From Balamuthia mandrillaris (lineage: Eukaryota), in contig JAVKOQ020000035.1 of assembly GCA_031835245.2 (NCBI GenBank), positions 186,001 through 250,000 on the forward strand: a stretch of 64,000 bases of DNA, in the 5' to 3' direction. Positions 34,469-45,052 of this stretch are shown here, in pieces (the stretch's first letter is position 1; the number at the start of each line of letters is the position of its first letter). The translations under genes were made by a program, and so were the position numbers. Under the pieces are notes generated by a model, which was given only the letters and a program-made list of their open reading frames with translations, was not told the origin of the DNA and made no database searches.

Positions 34469-35775
34469 TTACACAGTAATTCCTAGCAGTTGGTCTATTT
34501 TAGCAACGGCCTGATGCACCGCATTGGAGTTGATGAGCGTGAAACATTCCTCGCATACACGCTCAGGCTTTTTGGTGGGCTCCACTGGCACCATGCCTCT
34601 CTTTGATGAACACTTTTCACAAAATATTAAACCTGGTTTTGTTTGTTTGTTTTTTTTTTTTTATTTGGTTAGTTGAAAGGAGCTAGTGAGAAGAAGAAAC
34701 ACTCACCACAAAACCGACAGTGATGTCTCTGTGAAAGCCAAGAACAGATAGAGAAGCGAGTCAGAAAAAAGTTCAAAGGGAAAAATGGAAAGAACATTCG
34801 GATTACCCGCCGACTGAATGTGAAGGCTTCTTCGCACTTGTAACAAGTCTCGGCAGCAGTATCAGGCGCCCACTTAGGCCTCTTCGCCAGCCCTAATAAT
34901 GCATTCATTTCAGAGTCTAATTTTTTTGGTCATGGTTAGTAAGCGGAACAGGTCTCCTCTCCTTTCCTCTCTCCTCCTCTTTGTTTCTTCTTTGCCGCTC
35001 TTATTCTTTGTGTTGCCTTTCCTCTCTGTTGTACTTTCGTTCTTGGTTCCTAGATTCTTTCTTTCTTCGCTCTCTTTGCCTCAAAGCTAAAACGTACCAG
35101 ACCGCTTCAAAGGCCGTCTCGCTCCCTCTCTAACCCCTTCATTCCACTGCTCCTCAAACTTCTTGCCAGAGGGCTGGGTGAAGGCCGTGACGCCATGCAG
35201 CAAGTTGCCCTCCCAAAAGCCCTCCGTCCTCTCCCCGTTGGGCAGGGAGAGTATGCCATAGCCGTGCTTCTTGTTGTCCACCCAATGGCCCCTGTACTCC
35301 TTGCCATCGGCGTAGGTGTGCACGCCGATGCCTTGGCACCGGTCCACCCTAAACTCTCCTTTGTACTGGTCTCCATTTGGCCAAATGAATCGCCCTATTT
35401 ATTTTTTTTTTGTTGAAGAAAACAAAAAATCAGAAGATGAAGAAGAAGAGAAGAAGAGAGGTTTAAAAAAAAAGGGTAACCTATGCCATGTCTGTAGCCT
35501 TTCTCCCAGCTGCCGACGTAACGTCGGCCATCGGCGTACTCGTAGGTGCCCACCCCGGTCATGAGGTCGTTCTTCCACTCGCCGGTGTAGACATCGCCGG
35601 TCTTCCAGCGAAAGGTCCCCCGCACCTTCTCATCGTGCTCAAACTCGCCCTCAAAGGACTCGCCGTCGTCCCAGGTGAGTTTGCCGCGGCCGTGCTTCTT
35701 GCCCTTTTCGTTGGTCTCGCCGTCGAAGCTGGCGAACGCTGTCACCGTGGTGCCTTCTTCGCTGGGTCCATCCAT
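34469..35775 (-). CDS. MORN-repeat + FYVE zinc-finger protein
   Basis: Repeated YxGxWxxxxxxGxG units, then WAPD..CYKC..F..RRHHCRFCG..FCEKCS..RVCEEC. Confidence 0.9.
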
Positions 35776-36455
35776 TTCCGCCCTACGCCTCCCTTGTGTG
35801 AGAAAAAAAACTCAGAAGGAGGACCAACAGTTCGGAGGAGAGATGGGGAGAGAGAGAAGATGCTAAAAAATTTGGCTTCGTCTCTTCTTCTATTCTTTTC
35901 TGCTTTTTCTTATTTTCATTTATATTTTCGTGTCGTCATGTGATTATACCGTCGACAAAATTAGGCGGAGATGAGCCAAGAGAAGGGCGAGGACACGAGC
36001 GAGGTTGTAGCCTGCGGTGGAAAAAAAAGCATCGTGACGTGGTTTAATCCGTCGACAAGGATATGAGCCTAGACAAGAGTGAGGATAAGGGTGAGTTTGA
36101 CCAAGGAGGGAAACCGCTGACGTGAGACGTCACACCATCACGACGCGAGCTGCTGGGGCAAGCGGAGGGGTCACCGCAGAAATTCAGGGTGGCGCAACCA
36201 AAAAATCCAAAGAAAAAGAAAGCAAAAGAAGAGAAACAGGGGCGAAAAGGGGGGGTGGCAAGAAAAGAAAATCTGCGTGGTGGGTGAACAGGAAGTTTGA
36301 AACCAGAAAAAAAAAAAGTTTGTTTTTCTTTTTTTCTTTTTCTCTTTTTCTTTTGGTTTGTGATAGTTGTGACAAGAAACTACAAGTGCGCGAGTGATTT
36401 TTTTTTTTAACTTACCGTGCATACATTTTATTTTTTTTTTTCAAAAGAAAGAAAG

Positions 36456-36985
36456 ATGAAGTCGATGGGTGTCACTCTCGTTTTGCTGCTCGCCGTTGTT
36501 GCGGCGGCCTCTGCGCAGCTTATTGTCAAGAAGGACGTGTTGAACTCTGAGGTTCTCTCCTCGCGAGACATTGTGGTCACGCTCACTGTCTTCAACGTTG
36601 GCAAAAAGTACATCCCACTCTATCAACGCTCCAATCTTGTTGATTTTTTTTTTTTTGTGTGCGCGCCTTCTTAACACTCTTGTTTCGACTAATCAAAGCA
36701 CTGCTTACGATGTGCAACTCACGGACGACAACTGGCCCGCCGACAAGTTCGACGCTGTGATTGGCCTCTCCTCAGTGCGGTGGGACAAGATCGCCCCTGG
36801 CACCAATGTCTCGCACTCCTTTGTGGTCCACCCCACCTCTCGCGTGGCCAACCAGTGGTTCAGGAGCTACCCTGCCACCATCCGCTACAGGAACACCCCC
36901 AAGGGAGAAATCATCGTATGTTCTTTCCCCCTTCCCCTCTTTCGCTCTCTCTCTCTCTCTCTCTCTCCCTCTCTCTCCCTCTCTT

Positions 36986-37018
<33 letters not shown>

Positions 37019-37168
37019 CCCGCTCCTTGCTGTTTTAATCTCTGCTCCATTTTTCTTACTCTTTGCCCTTTTGTTTGTGTAGTCTGGCTTCTCTTCCAGC
37101 CTCTACTCTCTCCCCATCCGACTTAGCAGCGAGAGCGACATTCTCAGCCGACCTCACCTGGTACTTCT

Positions 37169-37205
<37 letters not shown>

Positions 37206-37363
37206 CTAACTTTTTGTTTGCTATTTCAACAATACAGAAAGAGTGGGGCGTCTTCAGTCTTTTGGCTGTGGTCAGCTTGCTGTTGCCCTTCGGAGTGTGG
37301 GGCTACATTCAGCTCAACTTTGAGGATGGCGTTCCCAAGAAGCCACACAAGAAGAGAGCCTAA
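36456..37363 (+). CDS. SSR2: Translocon-associated protein beta (TRAP-beta)
   Basis: Signal peptide, VFNVG..AYDVQLTD, WDKIAPGTNVSH and a C-terminal TM after PHLKEW. Confidence 0.92.
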
Positions 37364-37627
37364 ACGAAACTTTTTTCCTCTTTCCTTTTGTTTTTTTTTG
37401 CCTCTTATCTATGTTTTGTTTCTCGCTTTCTTGAAGTTAAAACAAAAAATCGCAACAACTCCACACTTGTTCTTTCTGGGCAGGAGAGGAGAGCTGAGAG
37501 CATTACCTCTTCAGTTTGTTCTTCTTTGCACACTTGCTTGTCTTTGCTTCCGAACCGTCTCTCTCTCTCTCTCTCTCTCTCAACTAGGCTAGAGGTTTCC
37601 TTTGTTCAAAATATCTAATACTAAGGT

Positions 37628-37729
37628 TTATTCCTGGGTGGCTTTCTTGGCTGGCACAGCCAACACCACTGTCCACTCTCCCTTCTCCTTCACAAGACCA
37701 ACGCCTATTTACAATAGCAGTTGTTAATG

Positions 37730-37760
<31 letters not shown>

Positions 37761-38393
37761 GAGAGAAAAAAGGCGAGAGGGAGAGTGAGGAAAGTGAAGT
37801 GGTTACGAACCAACTTCGGCCATGTTGCGGTCAAAGAGGCTGGAGCGGGCATCATAGTCATCCATCATGGCGGCAAAGGCCTCAGAGACTTGGCTCTCCT
37901 CGGAGACCTGGTTGATGGCAACGTACTCGGTCTCATACTCGTAGTAATCCTTCAACAACAGCTTGACAAAGTCGACGCGATCAGGGCTATAGTTGAGCAA
38001 GAACGAGAGGGAGAGCAAAGGATAGAACATTAAGTCGAGAATGATGCTTGGGGACCACTCAAACACAGAGGGCAAGAAAAGAGGCCAGGAGAGAGAAATC
38101 GCAAAGATGACCAAGAGGAAAGTGAAGAAAGGAGAAGCAGGGAAGCAAAGAAAACAAAGAACGGAATAGAGATGTTTTGCGTACGTGAGTTGTGCGATTT
38201 CCCCGAGCACGGCAAACTCGTCAGAGATCTGTTGGGCAACTTCTTGGAGGACAGGGGAGACGGTTAGGGAAGGAGCGTAAAAGGTTTCCCTCATCTCGTG
38301 CAGTTTGCTGTACATCTCTTCACGTGCGGCATCGTCTGCGAAGCCGCCGGCCAACACGCAGCACAACACGATGAGCACTCCAATCCCCTTCAT
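37628..38393 (-). CDS. Small secreted protein with a divergent CAP/SCP-like fold
   Basis: Signal peptide; LHEMR..APSLTVSPVLQEVAQ and AMMDD..RSSLFD..EVGIGV resemble CAP helices and strands, but canonical His residues are absent. Confidence 0.55.
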
Positions 38394-38665
38394 CTCCTCT
38401 TATTTCGTTGGTGGTGGATCACTTTGCGCGCTCCCTTTTTTTTCTTTTTCCTGCTTGAAGAGACAATTTTCTTTTGTGTCGTTTAAAGCCAAAAAGAGTT
38501 TTAAAAGCAATATTTTTGATTGGGTGGGAGTTTCGGAGTTAATACCGAAATTTCGATTAGATAATCTTGGTTATGATCTATCTCATGTCCTCTCTCGTGT
38601 CCACTTCCTTCTTCGAAAACAAAAGGAATAAGAGAAGAAGCAGAACAGAAAGCAGCAAACGCACC

Positions 38666-38935
38666 ATGAGTCAACGGGACATGAGCGAAAGGCGGCAGAG
38701 GCTTTCTTGTGAGATGTGTCACTATGGCCCTGGCACCATCATAACCTTGGTGGGCACCTATTTCCTGTACAGCTGGCGCAAGGGCGTGGATCCATGGACA
38801 AAGAAGCCGATCCCCTCTCCACGGGCCTCAGGGGCCGTTGGCCTCATCTGCACCGCCGTTGGGCTGTTCTATGGCACCGTTCCCTTCCACTCCCCTCAAA
38901 CTATGCACCAACCGAGAGGCAGCATTTGGGGATGA
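38666..38935 (+). CDS. Small CxxC + two-TM protein (DUF4536/DMAC1-like)
   Basis: SCEMC followed by two Gly-rich TM helices. Confidence 0.55.
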   Translation: MSQRDMSERRQRLSCEMCHYGPGTIITLVGTYFLYSWRKGVDPWTKKPIPSPRASGAVGLICTAVGLFYGTVPFHSPQTMHQPRGSIWG

Positions 38936-39194
38936 AAGCTCTGCTTTTTTCTCTCTTTCCTCTTTTTTGTCGACACATCTTATTTATTTGAAATTGTATA
39001 AAGCGGGGGTCGAACGCACGTCGTAAGGGGACATGTCTACAAAATTAATTCCGTGACGACACGAAATGTTCAAACGAGAATGAAAAACATAACAGAGGAG
39101 AAGCTAAGGCGGCGCCAAGATCAAGCCGATCAATGGGACAACGAAAATAAAGCAAAATTAGTAAAAAGGAAAACAAAAAAACAGACACAAAAAA

Positions 39195-39584
39195 TAACCC
39201 ACCTCCGGCGTGCCTAATCACGGCTTGTCTTACGACTCGCTATAAGCAACGGTGCCGGCACCAAAGCAACCTTACCGCCTACCGCCCCCTCACAGAGGAG
39301 GAGGAGGTGGTAAGTGCTTGTAAAGTGAAAAAGCGGATCAAGATGTTTCGGGCGGCGTTGGCATCTCGATCCGCCTGGTAGCCACACTCGGGTTGAGGGC
39401 ACCGAAAGGTCTTGTTTCCCCCCAACTGGTGGTGGACTTGGCCGCACTTGCCGCAGGTTTTGGAGGTGTATTCCTCATCGCAGAGGCAGACCGTACAGGA
39501 CGGAAATTGCTGGGCCTTGTTGAGGAGCCTCTGCCTGAAGCGATAGTGGGACCAGGTCAGCATGGCTCTGGCCGTTCGTGAGCC
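39195..39584 (-). mobile_element. 5'-truncated Fanzor (IS607/TnpB-derived, Fanzor2-like) element remnant with right end
   Basis: GSRTARAMLTWSHYRFRQRL..CDEEYTSKTCGKCG..KTFRCPQPECG..DRDANAARNI (ORF 39279-39563) covers the RuvC-II region, Zn finger and RuvC-III. An in-frame stop lies just upstream of ~39590. Confidence 0.9.
39205..39320 (-). ncRNA. Putative Fanzor omegaRNA scaffold overlapping the ORF 3' end
   Basis: Long hairpin 39271-39314, GGUG-CCGG-CACC 39251-39262, three small hairpins (one GUAA tetraloop) and a closing CCGG at 39205-39208. Confidence 0.6.
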
Positions 39585-39757
39585 AAAAGACTAATGTCAT
39601 AAAACCGTCTAATAAAATAATAAATGAACGTGACGATCAAACGGAGAAATGCTTCAGCGAAGTTACGTAACAACAACGAAAAATGAGGCCTAACCTGCCC
39701 AACTAAACCACTGCGGATAAAACTCGGTGTACATCAGGTCCCCTATACCAAACGAGA

Positions 39758-41104
39758 ATGACAGAGGAGAAGCTGCGCCGTTGTTGCTCCGCTGCTGCTC
39801 GCCCGCTGTCGCTCTCGTTTGGAGGGAGGCTGGCCCGCCGCGGCTTTGCATCATGGAGTGCCTTGCCAACAGCAACAGCAAAGGATCAAGGCGGTGGTTC
39901 CGTTTGGAGGTTCCCGGTGCTCAGCGTGGCGCCCATGATGGACCACACCGACCGCCACTTTCGCTACATGCTGCGTCAAATCTGTCCCACCAGCCTCTTG
40001 CTCTACACCGAGATGGTGGTTGCCAGGAGCTTAGTAGAGGCGGAAGAAGAAGAAGGCCCTTCCTCTGCCGCTAGACACCTCCTTTCCTTCAGCCGAGGCG
40101 TCGAGAACCCGCTCATCCTGCAGCTCGGCGGGGACGACCCCTACCTCCTCGCCAAGGCAGCCGAATTGGGGGAGCGGCACGGCTACGATGGGATCAACCT
40201 CAACGTGGGATGTCCTAGCAACGCGGTGGCCGGCAGCGGTCGCTTTGGCGCCGTCCTCATGCGGGACCCTGCCCGGGTGGCCCTCTGCCTCAGGGAAATG
40301 CGCCGTGCCGTCTCTCCCCGCGTGGCCCTCTCGGTGAAGCATCGTATCGGCGTGGACGAGTTGGACAGCTACGAGCATCTGAAAAGCTTTGTGGAGAGGG
40401 TCGGTGGTGAGGGCCGGTGTCAGTGGTTTGTGGTGCACGCTCGCAAGGCCATCCTCGATAAGGGATTCTCTCCGAAGCAGAACCGGAGCGTGCCGCCGCT
40501 GCGCTATGACGTGGTATATCGCCTGAAGAGGGACTTTCCGGAGCTGCGCATCGACTTGAATGGAGGAGTCAAGACGTTAGACGAGTGCCGACGACACCTT
40601 CAAGCTTCACCTTCTGCTGACGATGGTGAGAATGAAGCAGGCGGCGGTGTGGATGGGGTGATGATTGGAAGAGAGGCTGCTAGTAATCCCTTTGGCTTGT
40701 TTGCAGAGGCAGAAGCGATGTTTTCTCCTTCCGGAAGCGCAGTGAACGAGGCAACTACACCATCAGCAAAACTTCAACGAACAATTAGCAGAGCGGAGTT
40801 GGTGCATCGCATGGTCGAATATGCTCATCGTGTGAAACGAGAGGAAGAAGAACGAGAGAAGGATGAAGAGGACGAGCAGAATTGTGAAGGCTCAATAAAG
40901 AAGCAGAAGAGGAAGAAACGAAAGCAGCCTTTCAAGTTGTGGCATATCGCAAGACACATGCAGGGACTGTTTCATGGCGCTCCTGGCGCCAAGGAATGGA
41001 AAGCGGCTCTGCAAAACATCTGTCAACAAGAAACTTCAGCAACTCCTGAAGCTCTCTTGAAGGCACTACCATTCATCACCAATAGCATCTACAGCAAAGC
41101 CTGA
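39758..41104 (+). CDS. dusA: tRNA-dihydrouridine synthase, DusA-type, intronless
   Basis: SVAPMMDHTDRHFRY, LYTEMV, LQLGG, INLNVGCPS, VKHRIGVD, VHARKA, PPLRY and DGVMIGR. Confidence 0.93.
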   Translation: MTEEKLRRCCSAAARPLSLSFGGRLARRGFASWSALPTATAKDQGGGSVWRFPVLSVAPMMDHTDRHFRYMLRQICPTSLLLYTEMVVARSLVEAEEEEGPSSAARHLLSFSRGVENPLILQLGGDDPYLLAKAAELGERHGYDGINLNVGCPSNAVAGSGRFGAVLMRDPARVALCLREMRRAVSPRVALSVKHRIGVDELDSYEHLKSFVERVGGEGRCQWFVVHARKAILDKGFSPKQNRSVPPLRYDVVYRLKRDFPELRIDLNGGVKTLDECRRHLQASPSADDGENEAGGGVDGVMIGREAASNPFGLFAEAEAMFSPSGSAVNEATTPSAKLQRTISRAELVHRMVEYAHRVKREEEEREKDEEDEQNCEGSIKKQKRKKRKQPFKLWHIARHMQGLFHGAPGAKEWKAALQNICQQETSATPEALLKALPFITNSIYSKA

Positions 41105-41171
41105 TGATTCTTCTCCGTTGCAAAGAATGGGAGAAAGCACGAAAAAAAAATGTTCCAATGTAGCAAAATTG

Positions 41172-43284
41172 TCACAACAGCTCAACCTTTTGGGAGACCA
41201 CATCAACGCTTTGAATGCTATCTTCGTACTGTTCAGCGACGAGCTGAGCAAGAGTTTCCGGCTCCACGTTCACCGTTATCGCCACGATTTGCAGCTTCTC
41301 TATGCCATAACCTATCGGGACTGCCTTGCTGTTGGCCCATACCACTTTCCCCTTTTTCTCTCCTTTGCTTTCTTCTTCTTCTTCGGCCTCATTTTCTTCT
41401 GCCTCATCGATGGCGACTGAGCGCACCATTGCTTCTAGTTGACTCGCCTGTGTGTCGCTGTCCCATGGCTTCACTTCCAAAAGGGCCGTTATTGTGGTCA
41501 CTTGCTCCCCTTCCCTTTGTTTTTGCTTTCCTGTTTTTGTTTATGTTTGGTAAGTAAATATCATTAAACTTTTTTTTCTAACTTCTCTCTCTCTTCTTTT
41601 TGTTCTATCTCTTCTTACTCCTTCCGAATAATCTACTAACCGACACAATGCCCAGCACGCAGCGTTACCAAATGAGTCAGTGGCCGAAGAGGTTCTGAAG
41701 ATGAAGGAAGAAGACCAAGAACCACAGGACATACCGCAACACGATAACACTCTCTCAAGAATCGAGTGCAGAGCGGCCGCAAGCGAGCGCCATACGCTGC
41801 CAGGTCAGGCCCTGCATTCACCTCCAACAACCAAGTCTTCCACTGGGCGTCCACCAAGAAGTCAAAGCCAAAGAGCTCGAAGCAGGTGTCCATCGGCATG
41901 AAGGCGGTAGGCTGCCCGTGCACCGCCTCGAAGACTTCTTTGGCGATGGCATGCATTGAGCTGCGAACCATCTCCATCTTTTCTTTCATTTCCTCTCTGA
42001 TCCTATGCTCTTCTTCGTCCTCTGCTTCTTCTCCCTTTCTTCGGAGTTCAGCTATCTTCTCTTCAGCCAAACGTTCAAACACCTCCTCAAAGAGCATGGT
42101 GCCCCTTTTCTCGCTCCATTCTTGGTGCCACTTGTTGACAGCATTGTTTGTGATATGTGCGAACCGCCGCTCTCGTTCTTCTTTTTCACGACAACCCTCT
42201 TCTGATCCCTTTTCCTTCTTCGCTTCCTTCATATAGCGTTCAGAAGCAAGAAAGGCCATCACTCCATCATCAAAGAAGTAGACCTTCATTTCCTCCCTTC
42301 CAGTTACAAGCACGTGGGCTCTCAAATGAAACTTTCGGCCTCCATCCACAACCAACGGCGGATCAATGTATTGTTGAAGTACCCATTCTTTCCATCGTTG
42401 CTCTTCCTTTGGTTCTTCATTCTTATCTTCTTCATCGTCATCATGGAGAAGAGGAAGAAGGGCGTCACAAGCATCTTCTACGGAGGAGCAGAGATACACT
42501 TGTTGCGCCGATCTGGAGTCACTTGCTTTGAGTATCCAGCGTGGACGACTGCAACTATATTCTGATGGGCCGTCTGTAATTATATTTTTATGGTTTGTAT
42601 TTTATGGTTAGTTTTTTTTTGAAAGAAAACAAGAAAAGAAGCTAAAAGGAGACCTTTGCTGGACGCATTGTCATCTTGATTGGCTTCTAATGTTTGCACT
42701 TTGCTCTCAACAAGGGCCTTTAATACCTATTTATTTTATTACGATTACTTTTTTCATTTCTATTTTTCATTTCATGTTTTCTCTTTCTCTTTCTTTTTCT
42801 TTTTCTTTTTTTTATTCTTATTCTTTTCAAAAACAACAACAAGAAACGATACCTGCTTCGTCTGTTCCTTGTCATTCTTATAAGCATTACAGCAGGAAGG
42901 CAACGTCAAAGCTACGCTCTTTGGAATGGCAGCAGCCAGAGCGCTCTTCCGGTGACAAAGCCCATACTTTTCCGAGTGATAAAGCAGCTGGGCCTTCTCC
43001 GCAATGCCGTTCGCTCTCGGCAGCCAATTCGTGCACAACCTCCTCCTCCGCTTGCTTCCGTCCTGATGCACGAGGGACCACGGAACTCCGAAATAGTCGG
43101 TCCAAAGAAAGTCGACATCGCTGTAAACACTTGCTCTTTCTTCCCCCTCCTCCTCTCTTTCTTGCGAACGAGGAGTTTTGATGGTCCATCCTTCTTCTTG
43201 CAGGATTTGGAGCCAGAGTTGTTGGACGTAGGAACATGCCGTATCTACGACCGCCGTGAGCTGTTTGTTCTCCGCTGCTGACAT
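41172..43284 (-). CDS. Tubulin-tyrosine-ligase-like ATP-grasp protein with a C-terminal eEF1B (EF1_GNE) domain exon
   Basis: WILK, LQQYIDPPLVVDGGRKFHLRAHVL, HITN and FELFGFDFLVD..WLLEVNAGP; last exon LEVKPWD..VPIGYGIEKLQI..IQSVDV. Confidence 0.8.
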
Positions 43285-43292
43285 GATGGTTG

Positions 43293-43332
<40 letters not shown>

Positions 43333-43575
43333 AATCAAAAATTGTTTGCTAACCGACCTACAACACTATCACCAAAGGACCTGTTTCCCCGGTCTATTTG
43401 ATGAGACTTCTTTTGCTTTTTCCTTCATTTTATTTTTTTTGCCCAACCACACTAGCACCGTTACTCAAGACAAAAAAAAAAGCAAAACTGTGAATTAAAT
43501 AATTTTCATTAATTGCCTTTAATTATTATATTCACGGCAAGGTGACTATAATGATTAAACAAACACATAAAAAGC

Positions 43576-44177
43576 TCACGAGAACGGAGATAAGAACGTA
43601 AGGATATCTTTGGCCGATGGCCGGCTTTGTGGGTCCATCTGACAGCAGCGACGGGCCAGTTGGATGGTAGGGGAGTGATCAGCGGAGGGCACGTTTGGAG
43701 GAAGCTCGCCTCGTTTGATCATCGAGAGATATTCTTGTTCGGGCAGGCCGGCGTAGGGCGCATCCAGTGTTACCAGTTCCATCAAGAACATTCCAAACGA
43801 CCATACTTTTTTTAAAAAAATAAATGATAAGAGAGAAGAAAGGAAAAAATAAGAAGAAACATACTATCAGCTTTTTCGTTGTCAACCATTTGCGAGTTGT
43901 CAGAAGACAAAAGCTCTGGTGCCATGTATTCTACATTTTAAAAAACCAAAATGGTTAGCACGGACGTAAAATAGACAAACAAAGAAACAGAAATGAAGCC
44001 AACAGGCTTTTAACGTACGTGGAGTACCAGCTTTAGTGATGGAGTCAGCCCGCCTTGTTGAGATGTTAAAGTCACACAACTTTACGCCTTGATAATACTC
44101 CGCATAGGGATCTCCGTCCAAAAGTATATTAGCGCTCTGTAAAGAAAGAAAAGATAGAAAGTCACACTTTTGCTTAT

Positions 44178-44208
<31 letters not shown>

Positions 44209-44944
44209 TCTTCCAAACCTTTATATCACGATGATAAATGTTGTTCTCGTGTAGATAGTGTAAACCGGAAGCCACTTCGGTGGCATAATATTGCAGCTGT
44301 TTGGGAGTGAAGCACTCATTGGCAGCTCTCTTGTGGGCCAACAGATCCCAAAAAGAACCTCCTCCACAATACTCAAAGAAAATGAAGAACTCATCGGAGG
44401 TTTGCTCATAGCTTTACACAAAGTTAACAATGTGATATGCTTCAAAAAACGTGACGACAAGAGAGGAGGGAGGGAAGCACAAACCCCATACAACGCAGCA
44501 CGTTCTTATGCAAAAGTCGTGTTTGAATCATGCATTCACGTGCGAGTTGCAACCCAATCGACTCAATCGAAGAACGCTGATAAACCTTTACTGCACAACT
44601 ATGTATTGTTGTATCATTTTCAATGCTCATTCTTCACCAAACACAAAACAAAGTCATTACCTGATAGGACCAAGACTACAGCGATAAACGCTGGAGAAAG
44701 CGCCCGACCCAAGTTTCGCTTGGAATATAAGCTCTTCTGTTTGCAGATCGGGCAAAATGATGTGACGCTCCGACATGGACATTGTAAGGTGAGCCCCGCT
44801 CTGCAGGATGAGCTTCCGGTCAATGCTCTCCTGTGTTCGTAGTCTTCCTGGGTCCATCATTAAGTCTATAGCCTGCATTTTTCAGCGAGTTAACCATTTG
44901 TTTCTGCTCCGCTTCTATTTGCTTCCTTTTTTCTCTCCCCTTCT

Positions 44945-44982
<38 letters not shown>

Positions 44983-44996
44983 CTCCTCCTCCTCCT

Positions 44997-45052
<56 letters not shown>

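Noticed and set aside
39279..39563. Functional stand-alone mini nuclease
   Set aside because: RuvC-I, WED and REC regions are absent, so it cannot be an active nuclease by itself.
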